57,512 nucleotides of DNA, filler included, from Dimargaris cristalligena (GCA_003614675.1; 2 parts of 2 records of this genome joined end to end with filler, not necessarily neighbours in it); one strand, 5' to 3'. Shown: positions 26,236 through 38,014, counted from the first letter of the whole stretch. The notes: a model not told the origin generated them from the letters alone. Numbers and translations are program-made.

Positions 26236-26538
26236 GGTAATCGGGCGAGGGGAAATGGGGCAGGTGGTTCGAAAAAGAGGGTTTCGGCTTAATTCAGAAT
26301 AACTGGGCAATGTGTAAAGAGTTGGGTAATTGTAGGAGTCGGAAACACAATATTCGGCTGGTAGAAGGCTATATTTTGAGAATGGAGTCGAAAATAGCTC
26401 GGTACCGCCTTCCGTCTACCGAATGGCACACGCTGCCCTAGACTCTCTCTTTCTCTCTCGTTAGGCAAAACTGGGTCTATGCAGTCAGCCGGGTCACTGG
26501 GTGGGGAGGTTCCCCATGAAACTGTGCCCAGAAACCGG

Positions 26539-27800
26539 CTGCCCCTGACGTTGGGTGACATCACAGGAGGGGTGAAGGAGCTTCGGCGCAGCTGGCAACA
26601 ATAATTGCTTACTCTTATAATATGCTGTCCACTTCCACCACCAGGGCCGGGCCAATCTCCTAGGTAGCTTATTGGTACTTCAGCTCAGACCCATCTTAAC
26701 CTTGGTGCTTGCTTTTTGGCCACTGGAGTATATCTTTAATGATTTACTCGCCCTTGTTACGGACACCTTTTTTGACATTCTATATTCTGAAAATATAAAA
26801 AGACGGGTTCAAATTCATTAAACGGAGGCTGGCGGCTAAAATCCCTTGTTGCACTGCTGCTTGTTATAAGACTTCTGGTCCAATTACACTTCGGCTTACT
26901 CCAGCGTCTCCTGAATGCGCACCCTCGCTTGCTTCCATCGACCGGAATTGGACATTCCCAGAATTATTTGGATGGGCAATTCTTGCCGCTCAGGTATACA
27001 TTGGAACGCGGTCACTAATTCTTCCATATCACAGGAGATATAATCATTTTTAATGAGCAGGATATCCCAGGAACCAGGAAATCCGCATTCCCTCAACTGG
27101 TAGCACCCCGCAGCCCTGGCCTCCCATCAACTTATTATGCCGATTCCCGCCGTTGAGCAAACCATTCTCTCCGGCTTGGTTTATTTACTCGCCAATATAG
27201 CTACAATTAGCCTAAACCGCATGTAGCGATTTCTATTTACAAATCCACGATATACTCTATACAAAAAGGTTGGGGCAAGCCAAGGTCTTAGTAGAGGGTT
27301 TATTGGGATCCACTACTCTCCATCAAAGGCGGGGAGATAAACAACACTCTACTAAAATTAGCCGACAAACACTGGTGCTGGGCGCGTGTAACTAATTGCA
27401 CGGAGGCCTCATCATTCATACCTAAACCGCCGGGAATACTGTGGAAGACAAGTCAGTCGGTCAACAAGGCAACTCCCAAGCAGAAGAGCTCTGGCCCTGT
27501 CCCAGGCCCATTTAGGTAGACTATCGGCCTGCCTACCAAACTTGACAGGATCGTCTCATGGCAAATCGATGTGCAGAGGAATATGGCTGTGAAAATGGGT
27601 GCCCCATGATAAACAGGACTCCAAATAAGTCCAACTTGGGTACTATGGGGCGACTCAGCTGGACCGGCCATGGGCGGAATGGCACAATCGACCAAAGCCC
27701 CACAAAGGATATGGCTCCTCTGCACTCAGTTTATAATGGCCTACCAAAGGTTTCCTTTCTGCTAGCGACAATAACCATTAGATGCATTGTCTACCTAAAA
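26539..27800 (+). mobile_element. Probable heavily decayed non-LTR (L1/Tx1-like) retrotransposon relic
   Basis: Motif-like remnants occur in LINE ORF2 order across stops and frameshifts: PLTLGDITGGVKELRR (~26540), R/PIS* (~26648), RIIWMGNSCRSGIHWNAVT (~26960), RISQEP..SLNW (~27060), ILWKTS...PKQ (~27435). No intact YADD motif. Confidence 0.35.
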
Positions 27801-28721
27801 ACTCGCCTAGTTTTACGTGGAAGGCGGTCCCCTTATAATCGGAAGACAGACCGCCATGGGGTATCCTTTAAGGATTAGCGACTGGGTCCTGAGTTTTTCG
27901 TCACCGAGGCCTTGCTAAACCCTAATTATTCTTAGCGTATTTCTCATCTGAACCCCCTTTATATCTGTAGGTTTTTGGGGAAAATGCCGTTTATATCCAT
28001 TTAGGCAGCTTGGGTGCAAGACGAGCTCATTGGTGTAGTGGTGTATACTGAAGCCGCGAACTAGGTAACTAGGCTGCAGGTAAGGAAACGGTGTCACCTT
28101 CCCTCCTTCGATTTAACGGGCTTCCAAGATAAACCCCGAAAAGACCCTTTAAACAGTGGTAGTGGCTCAAGAGGCTCATACAATTCAGGTTGGCTGTCCA
28201 TTGTCACAAGGGGGCTTACAGATTTGTATGAGTTACCACTGACTGCCCAACGAACAACCGCTTCTCGCCTCTCCACGCATACGATCAACACCCCTATTTG
28301 ACCACCCTGACTTGCCACTCTTTCCTTTAGGCTTAATGCTGTTCTTCCCCCCTTCAAAAAAGCCGGTAGAACAGGCTCCTCCATCCTTCCTCATGCACCG
28401 ACTCTCGCACAACATCAGGTATATTTACTTACCTGTTTTTGGTATACCGGAGTACCCGCAGGTGGTGTTGTATACGGTGGGCCCGTAAATATTCTCAATT
28501 TACCGGTCTGCACCGTGAATCATAACCCCCTGCCCACTTCGTCCCTCGTTCGCCGAGCCAATGGAACACTTCCTTGTTCAGCCAAGCTTGTTAGCCTTCT
28601 GACTAGCCTGTTTCAGTGGTTGGCCTCCTGTCTGACCTGAACTACTGCTAGTAAGTGTCACTGCTGTGCCCCTGTTGTGACTGACGTACTTTTCTTCTGA
28701 CCAGTTCGTGAGCCAGTCCAA

Positions 28722-28821
28722 NNNNNNNNNNNNNNNNNNNNNNNNNNNNNNNNNNNNNNNNNNNNTTAATTAATTAANNNNNNNNNNNNNNNNNNNNNNN
28801 NNNNNNNNNNNNNNNNNNNNN
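28722..28821. other. Artificial contig-joining spacer (44 N + TTAATTAATTAA + 44 N)
   Basis: Exactly 100 nt and symmetric. The 12-mer at 28766-28777 gives stop codons in all six frames. Confidence 0.95.
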
Positions 28822-29049
28822 GCGTAAGTGCTCGGCCTCCAGCTTATGGTTGTAGAAAGCACGGCGATACTTCTCTAACTCGGCCTCGGTCTGTTCAAGC
28901 TTAGTTTGAATCGGATGGACTTCAATGTTACGGCGGGTCAAGGCGACGGGGTGAATGGCCTCGGCAAGCTCCTGAAGATCCACAGGTGTACCGCTGGCAA
29001 TGCTTCCATCGGATGAGGGATGTCCTGTTGAATCGTTTATCGGTGGCAT
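28822..29049 (-). CDS. 5' part of an unknown coiled-coil-containing protein, truncated by the contig end (host gene or gag-like ORF)
   Basis: An ATG at 29049 opens 76 codons that run into the gap, with heptad-like IQTKLEQTEAELEKYRRAFYNHKLEAEHL. A TATAAA lies on the minus strand near 29260. Confidence 0.45.
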
Positions 29050-30820
29050 GTTAGTGTAAAGTGCGGATAGGGCAGTAGGTTAGGTAAGGGTAGGTCGACT
29101 GAAGATAGGTACGCGGGCAAACCTATAGGCACGAAGCGGGCAACCCGGGCTGGCAATGGGTTGGAAATAGATGGTTGAATAAGAGAACCTCTGGGGGATC
29201 AAAATGAATTCAAGTGGTAGAAGATGGCGAAACTAAACCTGGCTGGACACTACTTCTATTTATACATATTTTTGGGTACCAAAGTAAACCCCCCGCACCA
29301 TCCCAGTCTGCCATTATTGGTGTTGGCCTCCAGGGAATTCTTTGACGCGATGATTAGAGTATTTAGTAAAGCCAGTCCCTGTCCATGAGCCCATGGCTAC
29401 TTTTCCCTTGAACAAATGGCTGTATTGTTCATTGCATAGGGCCTTCCAAGGTCTGGAATAACAGGGTGACCGCTGCGTTTGATTTCCTCAGTATCGCTCT
29501 TCCCAATCAATTAAACTCGACTCGAGAATACGCCCCCCGGAGTGCGAAGTAGGTCATCAGAGCAGATGGAAAAGACAGCATCCTGCCATAGAAGCTCGAG
29601 TATTCCACGACACCGACTGTCCACTTTGACGGGCACTTTACTTCCCCCTCGTTCACCGCGGTCCATGGTGGTGGGGCCAGAGCCCCGAACATTTTTAATC
29701 AAATAAGATTTCGGGGAGGAAGGGGGCTTCGGCAATAAAAACCAATCACAATGAAGGAAGGAGACGGGACGGTGGGGTGGATAAGCCGATGGGAAAACGC
29801 CCGAGTCTGATGTTTAAAGCAGTTGGGTTGGGCGGGGCATATCTACATACCGTTGAAAAGACGGGTTGTATATAAAGAGATATTCGGAAGGGTCAATGGA
29901 AGAAAAGGCAAAAATACAAGGAGGATGGGTGAAAGTGGCCCAATAGGGCGGGTGAGAAGAAAAGGCTATTAAGTAGAGAGGTTTGTCCTCCTACTTTATC
30001 TGGCATACTGTTATGACTGTTGAATCCAATGGTGTGGGTCTCACCCAAACTCGAAATCTTAACCCACAGCATCGAATACCCGGGCAGTCCATCCACTATC
30101 TAACCCTACCCTGCCCGCAGATGACAATGTTATTGTAACGGGCCACTCGGCCAATAATAGCGCGAGTGTGTCATACACTAGGATGGAGGGATTTCCCCAT
30201 CGTTGGTTATCAAAACCAAGTGCTCCCGCCCCCTGTTGCTCGGGGAGGCTCTTCCCTGTTCTATAACATCCTATGTAATAAATCCCTATTCCTATATTTC
30301 TGTAGTGCCCATTTCGCCCCATTGACCCGTAACACTATAATAAATAAAAGGCCATGCGTCATACCAGAAGCCAAAGTTCTGCAGGATACCATTTCTCAGC
30401 TATCAATGAAGCAAGGGGTGGTGGACATGGTATCTTGAAAATCAAAACATAATTACACTGGCCATGGATCTACAAGCCCACTGAACCATCGGGATATACT
30501 ACCTTTCCACCTCCATGTGACCCCTACCCCTCCCCTGTACATTCCATCAACGGCCTTTTCAAATTATATATTTCTTACGTTGGTGGGTCCTGTAGCAATA
30601 CTGATTCGCTGATTTCGGCAACACACTCGGAAAACTGTAAATATAACCGTACAAGAGATTAGATATAAGGAAATATTTGGTGGTATGACATGTTGCTTAA
30701 CCACCGAAGCCCCTCCAGGCACTTAGATTTAATAAGATTCTCATATAGTAAAATAATCAAATACTAGTCCTTCTAAAACCACCAAATGCTAAGTGATATA
30801 GTAACAGGACTAGTATACCC

Positions 30821-32527
30821 CTAGACTGAAGGTCCAGTAAGATTGACCAGCTCAAAAGTGACATTGCCCATAACCTTGGTAGCATAGTGACGGCACTGGG
30901 TGTAGAGCCGTTCAGGGTCCCCCGGCTGGGTCTGAGTCCAGCAAAAGGGTAGATTTTGACGGGTGACCTGGCGGTCCTCCAGGAAGCTGCCATTGGGAAC
31001 CTTCTGGGCCGCCTTGGCCATGGCCGCCCAAATAATAGTGTCCACCCCCTCCGCTGGTGTACAGAACACATTGTGGAATTGATTATAAAAACTGGGTAGG
31101 GCAATTTGGATAGTGACCATATCTGCCCACCCCGGGTGCATGCTTAGAAAGTGTATCCCCTGGGCATTGCTGTAGGTCCGCGCCCATACTTGGGTCAGTT
31201 CAACCTGCTGACGCTTTTTGTGGCTGTATGCCACATTTCCACTGTAGGCATGTTTCTTCATGGACTCCAGGTTGTCCAGGTCTAGTGGAGTCAGAAACAT
31301 GCCACCCGAGGAAACCATGACAACTCGGGCAGATCCTGTACGAGCCAACAGCGGAACCAATAGCTCCGTCAAATAGTAAGTACCTAGGATGTTGGTAGCG
31401 AAACTATGCTGTATGCCCTCTGGAGTCACGCTCGCCATTTGCAGCAAACCGCCAGTGTTATTAACCTATGATGTAATAAATCGGACGGGGTAGTACCAAA
31501 CCAACTAACTGGTGAGTCTTCTGCTGGAAAGAACATCTATCTATGGAGAAGGACTTATCTCTCTATGCAGCAAGATGCCGTGGCTGTAATTGCAGCACAT
31601 ATAAATCGGTGATTTACCAAAATATTGCAATGGGAGCTCAGCTGATTAGCGAATTTCTCGACGAATGCACAAATGCTAGGTAGGTTATCTAGGCTCATTT
31701 GGTCAACGATAAGGTTATTCTTGAGATGGTCTGTGATTTCGGATTGGGCCACTTCCTGGCGAGCCTCTTCCAGAATTTCCTCCCAGGCCTTGCTGGCATG
31801 CTCCCAATTACAACAAACCATATGGACCATCACCCCTGATGTAGAACATTAAAGAGTAGAAAACCGCGGCCTTTGAATTAGCACATGGGGGCATACATAA
31901 CAGGAGATGGCTCAAACAGTCGCCGGGGTCAGTCCTTTAATAATAACACCTAGTCATGAAGACCCACTTTGAGCACTAGGCCATGAAATGAGGACTATAT
32001 GGTCGGGATAGGTATAGCATAAGGAACAGTTTGCCCACCATGGAAGTAATTCCTTGAGTAGTTTTTTGGCCAACTCAAGGAAGATCATGGGTGATAATAA
32101 TGCACCATTGCCTACTGTATCCAACTTACCTTTGGTTAGTAGGGATAGGGTGGTGGCCTTTCCCAGACCACTGTTTGCTCCTATGTCTAATGACAACATT
32201 TACAAAATAAGACTTGGAGTTTTAGAGCAATGGGCTAAACAACCCAACCAGCACAATAAGTGGTTCTGTATAGTACTTGTTATCCTTGTGGTACTCCCAC
32301 CAGTCTATATGGAATGTGCCCTGGAAAAAGTAGGTGGCAAAACACTTTGCCATTTACCCACTGGGGAATGTAATGGGCAATGACTTACCAGTAACCACTG
32401 CCACTTTCCCAACTAGTGACACATCCAGCGCATGGGGCTCGAAATGCTTGGCCTGTCTCTTGAACCTGGCCTGGGTGCTTTGGAAATAGCCCTGGCCCAA
32501 CCAAATAGGGTACCTAATGAGGTGCAT
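30821..32527 (-). CDS. DHRS12: DHRS12-like short-chain dehydrogenase/reductase, 350 aa, open but apparently degenerating; exons 32527-32389, 32180-32130, 31835-31618, 31465-30821
   Basis: VVTGANSGLGK (TGxxxGxG), VNNTG (normally NNAG), FATNILGTY, VSSGGM, YSHKKRQQV (YxxxK), SMHPGWAD and DTIIWAA. The exons splice in frame. Confidence 0.85.
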
Positions 32528-32955
32528 TGTGCACTTCAGTAGTCCAAAGTGTAGAACTGGGCACTGAGTGAAGTATAGGGAGAGCAGTCACGACCAAAAG
32601 GGATACCGAAAAACAGAGCTATAAAATGTCTAGTAAGGAGCTGTAGCGGGTAGGTTATACAACTAATAGAGTGTATTAAACCAGATTACATGTTTTTCAG
32701 CTTAGTAGGTCGGCCTCAGAATTTTATATATAGGCAAGAACTAGTGAAAAGAAAGTGCAGTCAAACATTGGCATGGTGGGAACAGCCATAAAACTCCTGA
32801 CCCCCTGGCATGGATTCACATGCCAGGAGATACGCCTAAATTATTGTTCTGCAGCGGGTCTCGAAATCGTCGTATATCAGATCAAAACTTGGCACTTCTG
32901 TTGAGAGTCAGTTGACCTGGCTGGTCATTGTAGTAGGCTAACTGAGGTACTATAT

Positions 32956-33091
32956 GGGAGTAGTTCAACAAGACTGTATAACGAAAAATCCATTTGATGA
33001 GGCAAGTACTGCTGGTTGAAAATAAACATCCCACCAATTTTCCCATACACATATTGGTTAAACCCTTATACAACCAAGCTGAACTTTACCC
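32956..33091 (+). mobile_element. MITE copy B (136 bp)
   Basis: ATAT|GGGAGTAGTTCAACAAG...AAGCTGAACTTTACCC|ATAT. Differs from copy D at only 4 positions. Confidence 0.9.
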
Positions 33092-33209
33092 ATATACTAT
33101 CGAATTGCTCCAATAGATGCTAGAAATGGAGTATAGCTCCAGTCCAAAGATTACGACAGCAAACCTAACAATCAGTAGATTTATAATTATTATTACAAAG
33201 TGTATATAT

Positions 33210-33345
33210 GGGTGAAATTCGGCCCAGCTATATAAGGATTTACATTATACGTGTATGGGAAAATATATGGGAAATGTATTTTTAACTAGTAATATTGGCC
33301 AAATCTAATGGATTTTTCGTTATACAGCCTGGATGAACTTCTCCC
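33210..33345 (-). mobile_element. MITE copy C (136 bp), inverted relative to B
   Basis: ATAT|GGGTGAAATTCGGCCCAGCTATATAAGG...GAACTTCTCCC|ATAT. One end is nearly identical to the end of copy A. Confidence 0.85.
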
Positions 33346-34982
33346 ATATGGCATCGTTTCCAAAATGGTAAACATGGGTGGCTAAACAACCGAGTGGCCT
33401 CAGCTCTGATGGGCATGGATAGATAATTTTTGGGGGGGGTGATGTGGTTGGTCACGTGTACGGAGGAGGGACTGGGCTGAACTAAGCTATATTGTGTGTG
33501 GGTGGGTGGTAGAGAGTGGTAGTGGACATGGAAGCTTCGCGGACTGTTTTCCATCCATACCATTTGACCCTAGCCAGTGCTATATTACACCCCATGGGGC
33601 CCTCTCCTTTGTGAAGCAGCAGGCGATACCCACAGGGATGTTGGTGGTGTTTCTCCCACCCTCTATCCTCATTTTCTCTATAGAAGAAGGCGTAAAACAG
33701 TCTGCTGCCTCAGCGAATGGGCAAGCGATGGATGTGTAACACCGAAGAAGTCCAGCCGCAGACTCAAATCACCCAAAGAACTATGCCAGTACACACACCC
33801 TAGCCTTGTTCGCTTGGCCAAAGGACGGGGGTACCAAGTCTCTCTCTATCACAGTAAACTATAACCAATACTCTACGCAATTTTATGAATCAATATTAAG
33901 AGGTGTAGGTGGGTGTTGGCGGTGGTGGTAGGGGGTACCTCAAGGTAACCCCTCAAGTAATGCAGACTGCCAGCGGTTAACAACCCGCTTTTCTATATAT
34001 ATATATATTTTATTTTCGCGCACGCGGCCCCGCACATGAAGCTTGCCGAAATAAGGTAGAAAACCAGAAATGAAGGAATGGTGGTGAATACTCAGGAGAT
34101 GTTGAATTTTTATTGAAACGTACCAAAAGAAAAAAATCAATGACAGGCAAGGGCGCCACGAACGTAGGTTTGGTGTGGTCGAATGGCACCCACCTAATGT
34201 ATACTGTAGCACGCTTGTAGTTTACACTAGAGTATACCATTTTCCGAATAAGAAAATGATAATGACAGCACACACACACATATATATATATATATACATC
34301 TCGAATATTAAAAGGATGCCTAATTTTAACACTGACCTATTTTTAAACCATGGTTGCACCTAACCCCCGAGAGACTGTATATCAGTGGGGCATTGCCAGT
34401 CGTTCAATCGGGGCGATTCAGCTGAAGTGTAGATTATGCTGCGGTCCATGTAAGTCACCCTGGACCACCATGACTGAGCTAAGCCTTGATTACACCGCTG
34501 TCCAAGCGCTGTTGGATACACCGTACGCCTTTTGGCGCCACCGGCCGGGTGTACTACTCTATCCTACACCTGCCATTTCCTTTAAATACACGTACCATAA
34601 ACCCCCCCTACGTTACCCTATTTTATTATATATTTAATGTGTAATCATTTCTGCTGTCCGCCCCTGCGTATCGAGGATTAGAACTAAAGGACCAACAGTA
34701 AAACTCGACGAGGCGAGAGGACAATTGGAAAGAGGCTAAACGAGGCGAGACAAAGCGAAACGGAACAGGGCTAGATGGGAGAAAGACGGATGAGCCGGGG
34801 GGGAATGACGACGGTAACCCATAATAATGGATAGGCCAAAAATAACAGCCAAGGTGGCCCAAAATAATGGAGGATTCGAACCAATGGGTAACTCCGTGTA
34901 ACAATCAAATTTCGGATAATGGGAAGTCTGGGCCATGGGCCAAGTCTTTATATATCCTAATTGAACAATGCGGTGTATGGAA

Positions 34983-35006
34983 AGAGAGAGAGAGAGAGAG
35001 AGAGAG
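34983..35006. repeat. (AG)n microsatellite
   Basis: About 12 AG units read directly. Similar short AG/TA tracts are scattered through the intergenic regions. Confidence 0.9.
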
Positions 35007-36805
35007 TAGAAGAGCGCGCCATTAAAGGTCAGGATAAAGGGGAATAGGAGAGGAGTGGTAATCGAATGCAGGCAAGATACCCCCCTGTCGCGTGCCTCCC
35101 TCCCCCCACTCATTTAGCTAGCACTGGAGGGAATGCTTTAATCCGGTATATTGGGGAGTGGTATTGAAACTCCGCCGACCCTTCCGTGGCAATGAAAGTG
35201 CTAAAGAAGCCACACACCCGAGTTCATTAGCTCTTTCCCACTCCCACCGTCGCTTGCTCTCTCTCCCTTTCTATCTATATTTGGCCACCACCGCGTGGCC
35301 ATGCATTCGGCTGTTCCAAGTAACTAAACCCCTCCTCCGATCGTGGCCGTGTGAAGCCTGATCGAGCCGAGCGGGGTAGAATGGGCACGCGGGGTCGACC
35401 GAAAAAGCATCACCGAAAGTGACCGCGTCTAAATATGCAGCTGAGCCATTGGTTGAGATGATGGCGAAGCTGTGGGACGAGATATTGGGTTGATAGAGTA
35501 ACCCATGGGCATTGCCAGCACTCCCATACACACACTCTCTCAAGGCCTAATCGGCTGAAGCAATAGTCCACCTCCAAGCATAACCAGGAAACCGGTAGGA
35601 AGTATTAGAGCGGCGGGCCCCCCCCGCAAGGTCTCGAATGGGTTAGTTCGGGTCCGAGTGTACTCCATTGACCCACTGTGCTGCTCCGATTATACTTAAT
35701 CATGGTCCCACGGCCGAATCCCTCTTAATGACACCGCCTCAAAGCACTGCATAGCCCCACAATCTCCAGAGCAGAGTGGGTGAGTGGGAAATACAAAATC
35801 GAGTTGTCCATTATCACCTTAACGGCCATCTAAGCCCCCCTTTCCTGCAACAACTCTGAGACTTGCCCCGCCTAGACACCAGTTTTAAATAAAGCGATAA
35901 TCTCGATATTCCTAGACCGATTTAGTCACTGCCGCTTGGCTAAAATTGAGAGTATTTCATTGAGACAGTTCTTCTATAGTCGACAGATTATCCACGGAAG
36001 TTTAATAAAACTGCTTATACTGATATAGGGGAGATGCAAAAACCATTCAAACAGGAATACGCACATTAAACCATACAACTAAGACAGCGGATAGAACATG
36101 GGGTCATTAAAGTAAAGGAGGCAGAGGGGGTCTTTATATGGGGATAGGTAACATACGGGGGAGGAGAATGCGGTGGGGGAGCTCAAACAACGAAGATAGT
36201 CAAGAAAAGAAAGTGTGCACAGGGGATGAGAAACTCTAGACAATAGAACTGTACAAATATATGTATATATACGTGATTTAACACGTATACATCTTATCAT
36301 GGTGGCATGGGAAGAGAATAGGTAAAACAGGGGTAGATATAGAAGTAGGTGAAGTAGGGGTGGGTCGGATGTATAACAGCAACTCTGTACCAAGTGGGGG
36401 TTCATTATACCGGGTTAAACAGGACGAACAGACGTTAACATGTGTAGCAGTAAATCGATGGAAAGGTCGGTAAGAGGAAAAGTAGAATAAAACAAGAGCG
36501 GGGAGTAGTATAACACGGGAAGTGACGGAGAGGATTCGGGGTGGAAGACAGGAGCGGTGACGATTTGGAGAGGACAAGCGATGGTCGATACGAGCCAAAG
36601 ATGAAGGGGGGAACGGAGGGAGGATGCAGAAGACGCAACAAATGAGGGAACCGAGGGGAGGAAGACAGGAAACGACAAATAAAAGGGGGAAGGGATAAAA
36701 AAACAACTGAGGCGCGCGACAGAATAATAGTGTACAGGAGGGGGTTGAGAGATATAGAGATGGGGAGGAGGTGACCTCCGTCCGTTTCCCCCCACAGTCG
36801 GGGGA

Positions 36806-38014
36806 TTAGGGGATAGTTATGGTGTCCGTGGGTGGTCGCAGTGCAGGAGTACAGCCGTCTGGGGGGTGTGAAAGAGTGAGGGGACAAGTAAAAGGGGCCG
36901 GTGAGTCGGTGCAGTCCATGGCTTGGCGGGGGATGGGGGTAGCCCGGGCCGAACCCACTCGGGGGGCACAGAGACTCGTGGCGGTGGCGGCCGCGGTAAG
37001 CCGGTCCGCCATGGCGGCAGGGTCGGCAATGGGGGCGGGGCGGTGCAGCCGAGGGTGAGGAGGGTAGTCGGCGGGCCGGCCCAGGGCAGCGGCGGTGGGG
37101 GAGGGAGACGGGGGCACGGTGGAACTGTCCATGGAGGCGGCGGTCGGCGTAGGGGTGGTGGCCGTGTTACGGGACCGGTTGCGTTGGCTGGGAAAGGTCC
37201 GGGAACGCTTGGGGTCGTTGGCGGCCTCGAGTTCTGAGATCTCGGAACACGAACGTTTGCGGTTCCGAATAGCCTTGGACTTTTCGGTGGGGGTGGGGCG
37301 GCGGTCCTTGGCAGTGTCCTGCAGCATGGACACCTTGACCCGATAGTCGAGGGTGATGGCGGGGGGAAGGAGGCTAAAAAACTCCGACAGGCGGCAAAAA
37401 TCCCAGGTCTTGGTTAAATTGCGGATAAACACTTCCCGGTGCTGGGAGGAGGGCCAAAACGACGATAGGGAACCGAGGAGCTGGGCGATTTGCGAACAGT
37501 TCCAGTCGCGGGTGACCTCCCGAATGAGAAGCGCGCGGCGGGACTCGGCGGTGGCCACTACGTCGACCATGTTAGCGGGACGGTGGGGGTCGCGGGTCTC
37601 GGCCTCTTGCTTGGCGACGTCTACCCAGTCGATGGTGACGTGACGGACCACCACGGCGATGGAGGCCAGGGTCCAGCCGGAAAAGAGCCACTTCAGGGCG
37701 TTGGCAATGCGGTCTATGGGGTAGTCGTTGGCAATACGGTAGAGGTAGTTGCTGGTCATGGTCACGTTCTCCTCGCACTTGAGCCAGTGGCCAAAGGAGG
37801 CGCCATACAGGCTGTCCATTTGTTCGATACTGGTGCCCACGTCCCGCCAGCTGGTGGAGGTGGGTTTGTGGGTCAGGTTGGCCAGGGAAAGCTCCTCCTC
37901 CAAGCTGGGGAGGGCGTTCTTAGTCATGGGGGAGTGGAGGCCCATGTAGGGCGGTTGTGGGGGGTATGTGGAAGTAGCAGCTGGCGAGGGCGACGGCGAC
38001 GAAGGGGAGGCCAT
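36806..38014 (-). CDS. Uncharacterised 402-aa protein with a helical Trp-periodic core, putative bipartite NLS and low-complexity termini
   Basis: Single long ATG-initiated ORF with GC3-rich codon usage like the true genes here. Globular core at about aa 55-230, then RNRKRS...PKRSR. Confidence 0.8.
   Translation of the reverse strand: MASPSSPSPSPAATSTYPPQPPYMGLHSPMTKNALPSLEEELSLANLTHKPTSTSWRDVGTSIEQMDSLYGASFGHWLKCEENVTMTSNYLYRIANDYPIDRIANALKWLFSGWTLASIAVVVRHVTIDWVDVAKQEAETRDPHRPANMVDVVATAESRRALLIREVTRDWNCSQIAQLLGSLSSFWPSSQHREVFIRNLTKTWDFCRLSEFFSLLPPAITLDYRVKVSMLQDTAKDRRPTPTEKSKAIRNRKRSCSEISELEAANDPKRSRTFPSQRNRSRNTATTPTPTAASMDSSTVPPSPSPTAAALGRPADYPPHPRLHRPAPIADPAAMADRLTAAATATSLCAPRVGSARATPIPRQAMDCTDSPAPFTCPLTLSHPPDGCTPALRPPTDTITIP

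Noticed and set aside
28426-28436. TACTTACCTG resembling the U1 snRNA 5' end
   Set aside because: It is the reverse complement of a consensus donor (CAG|GTAAGTA), and no U1 stem-loops or Sm site follow.
28766-28777. TTAATTAATTAA as a biological motif or piggyBac target
   Set aside because: It is centred in N padding and is an artificial linker.
32882-33073. Near-identical small ORFs MYKGLT(N/D)MCMGKLVGCLFS here and at 40997
   Set aside because: They are translations of MITE copies B and D from non-ATG starts, not a peptide gene family.
34872-34882. Perfect B-box GGTTCGAATCC (minus strand), and GGTTCGAAACC at ~40800
   Set aside because: No T-stem, A-box or cloverleaf surrounds them, so they are not tRNAs. 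Isolated TFIIIC sites cannot be supported from sequence alone.
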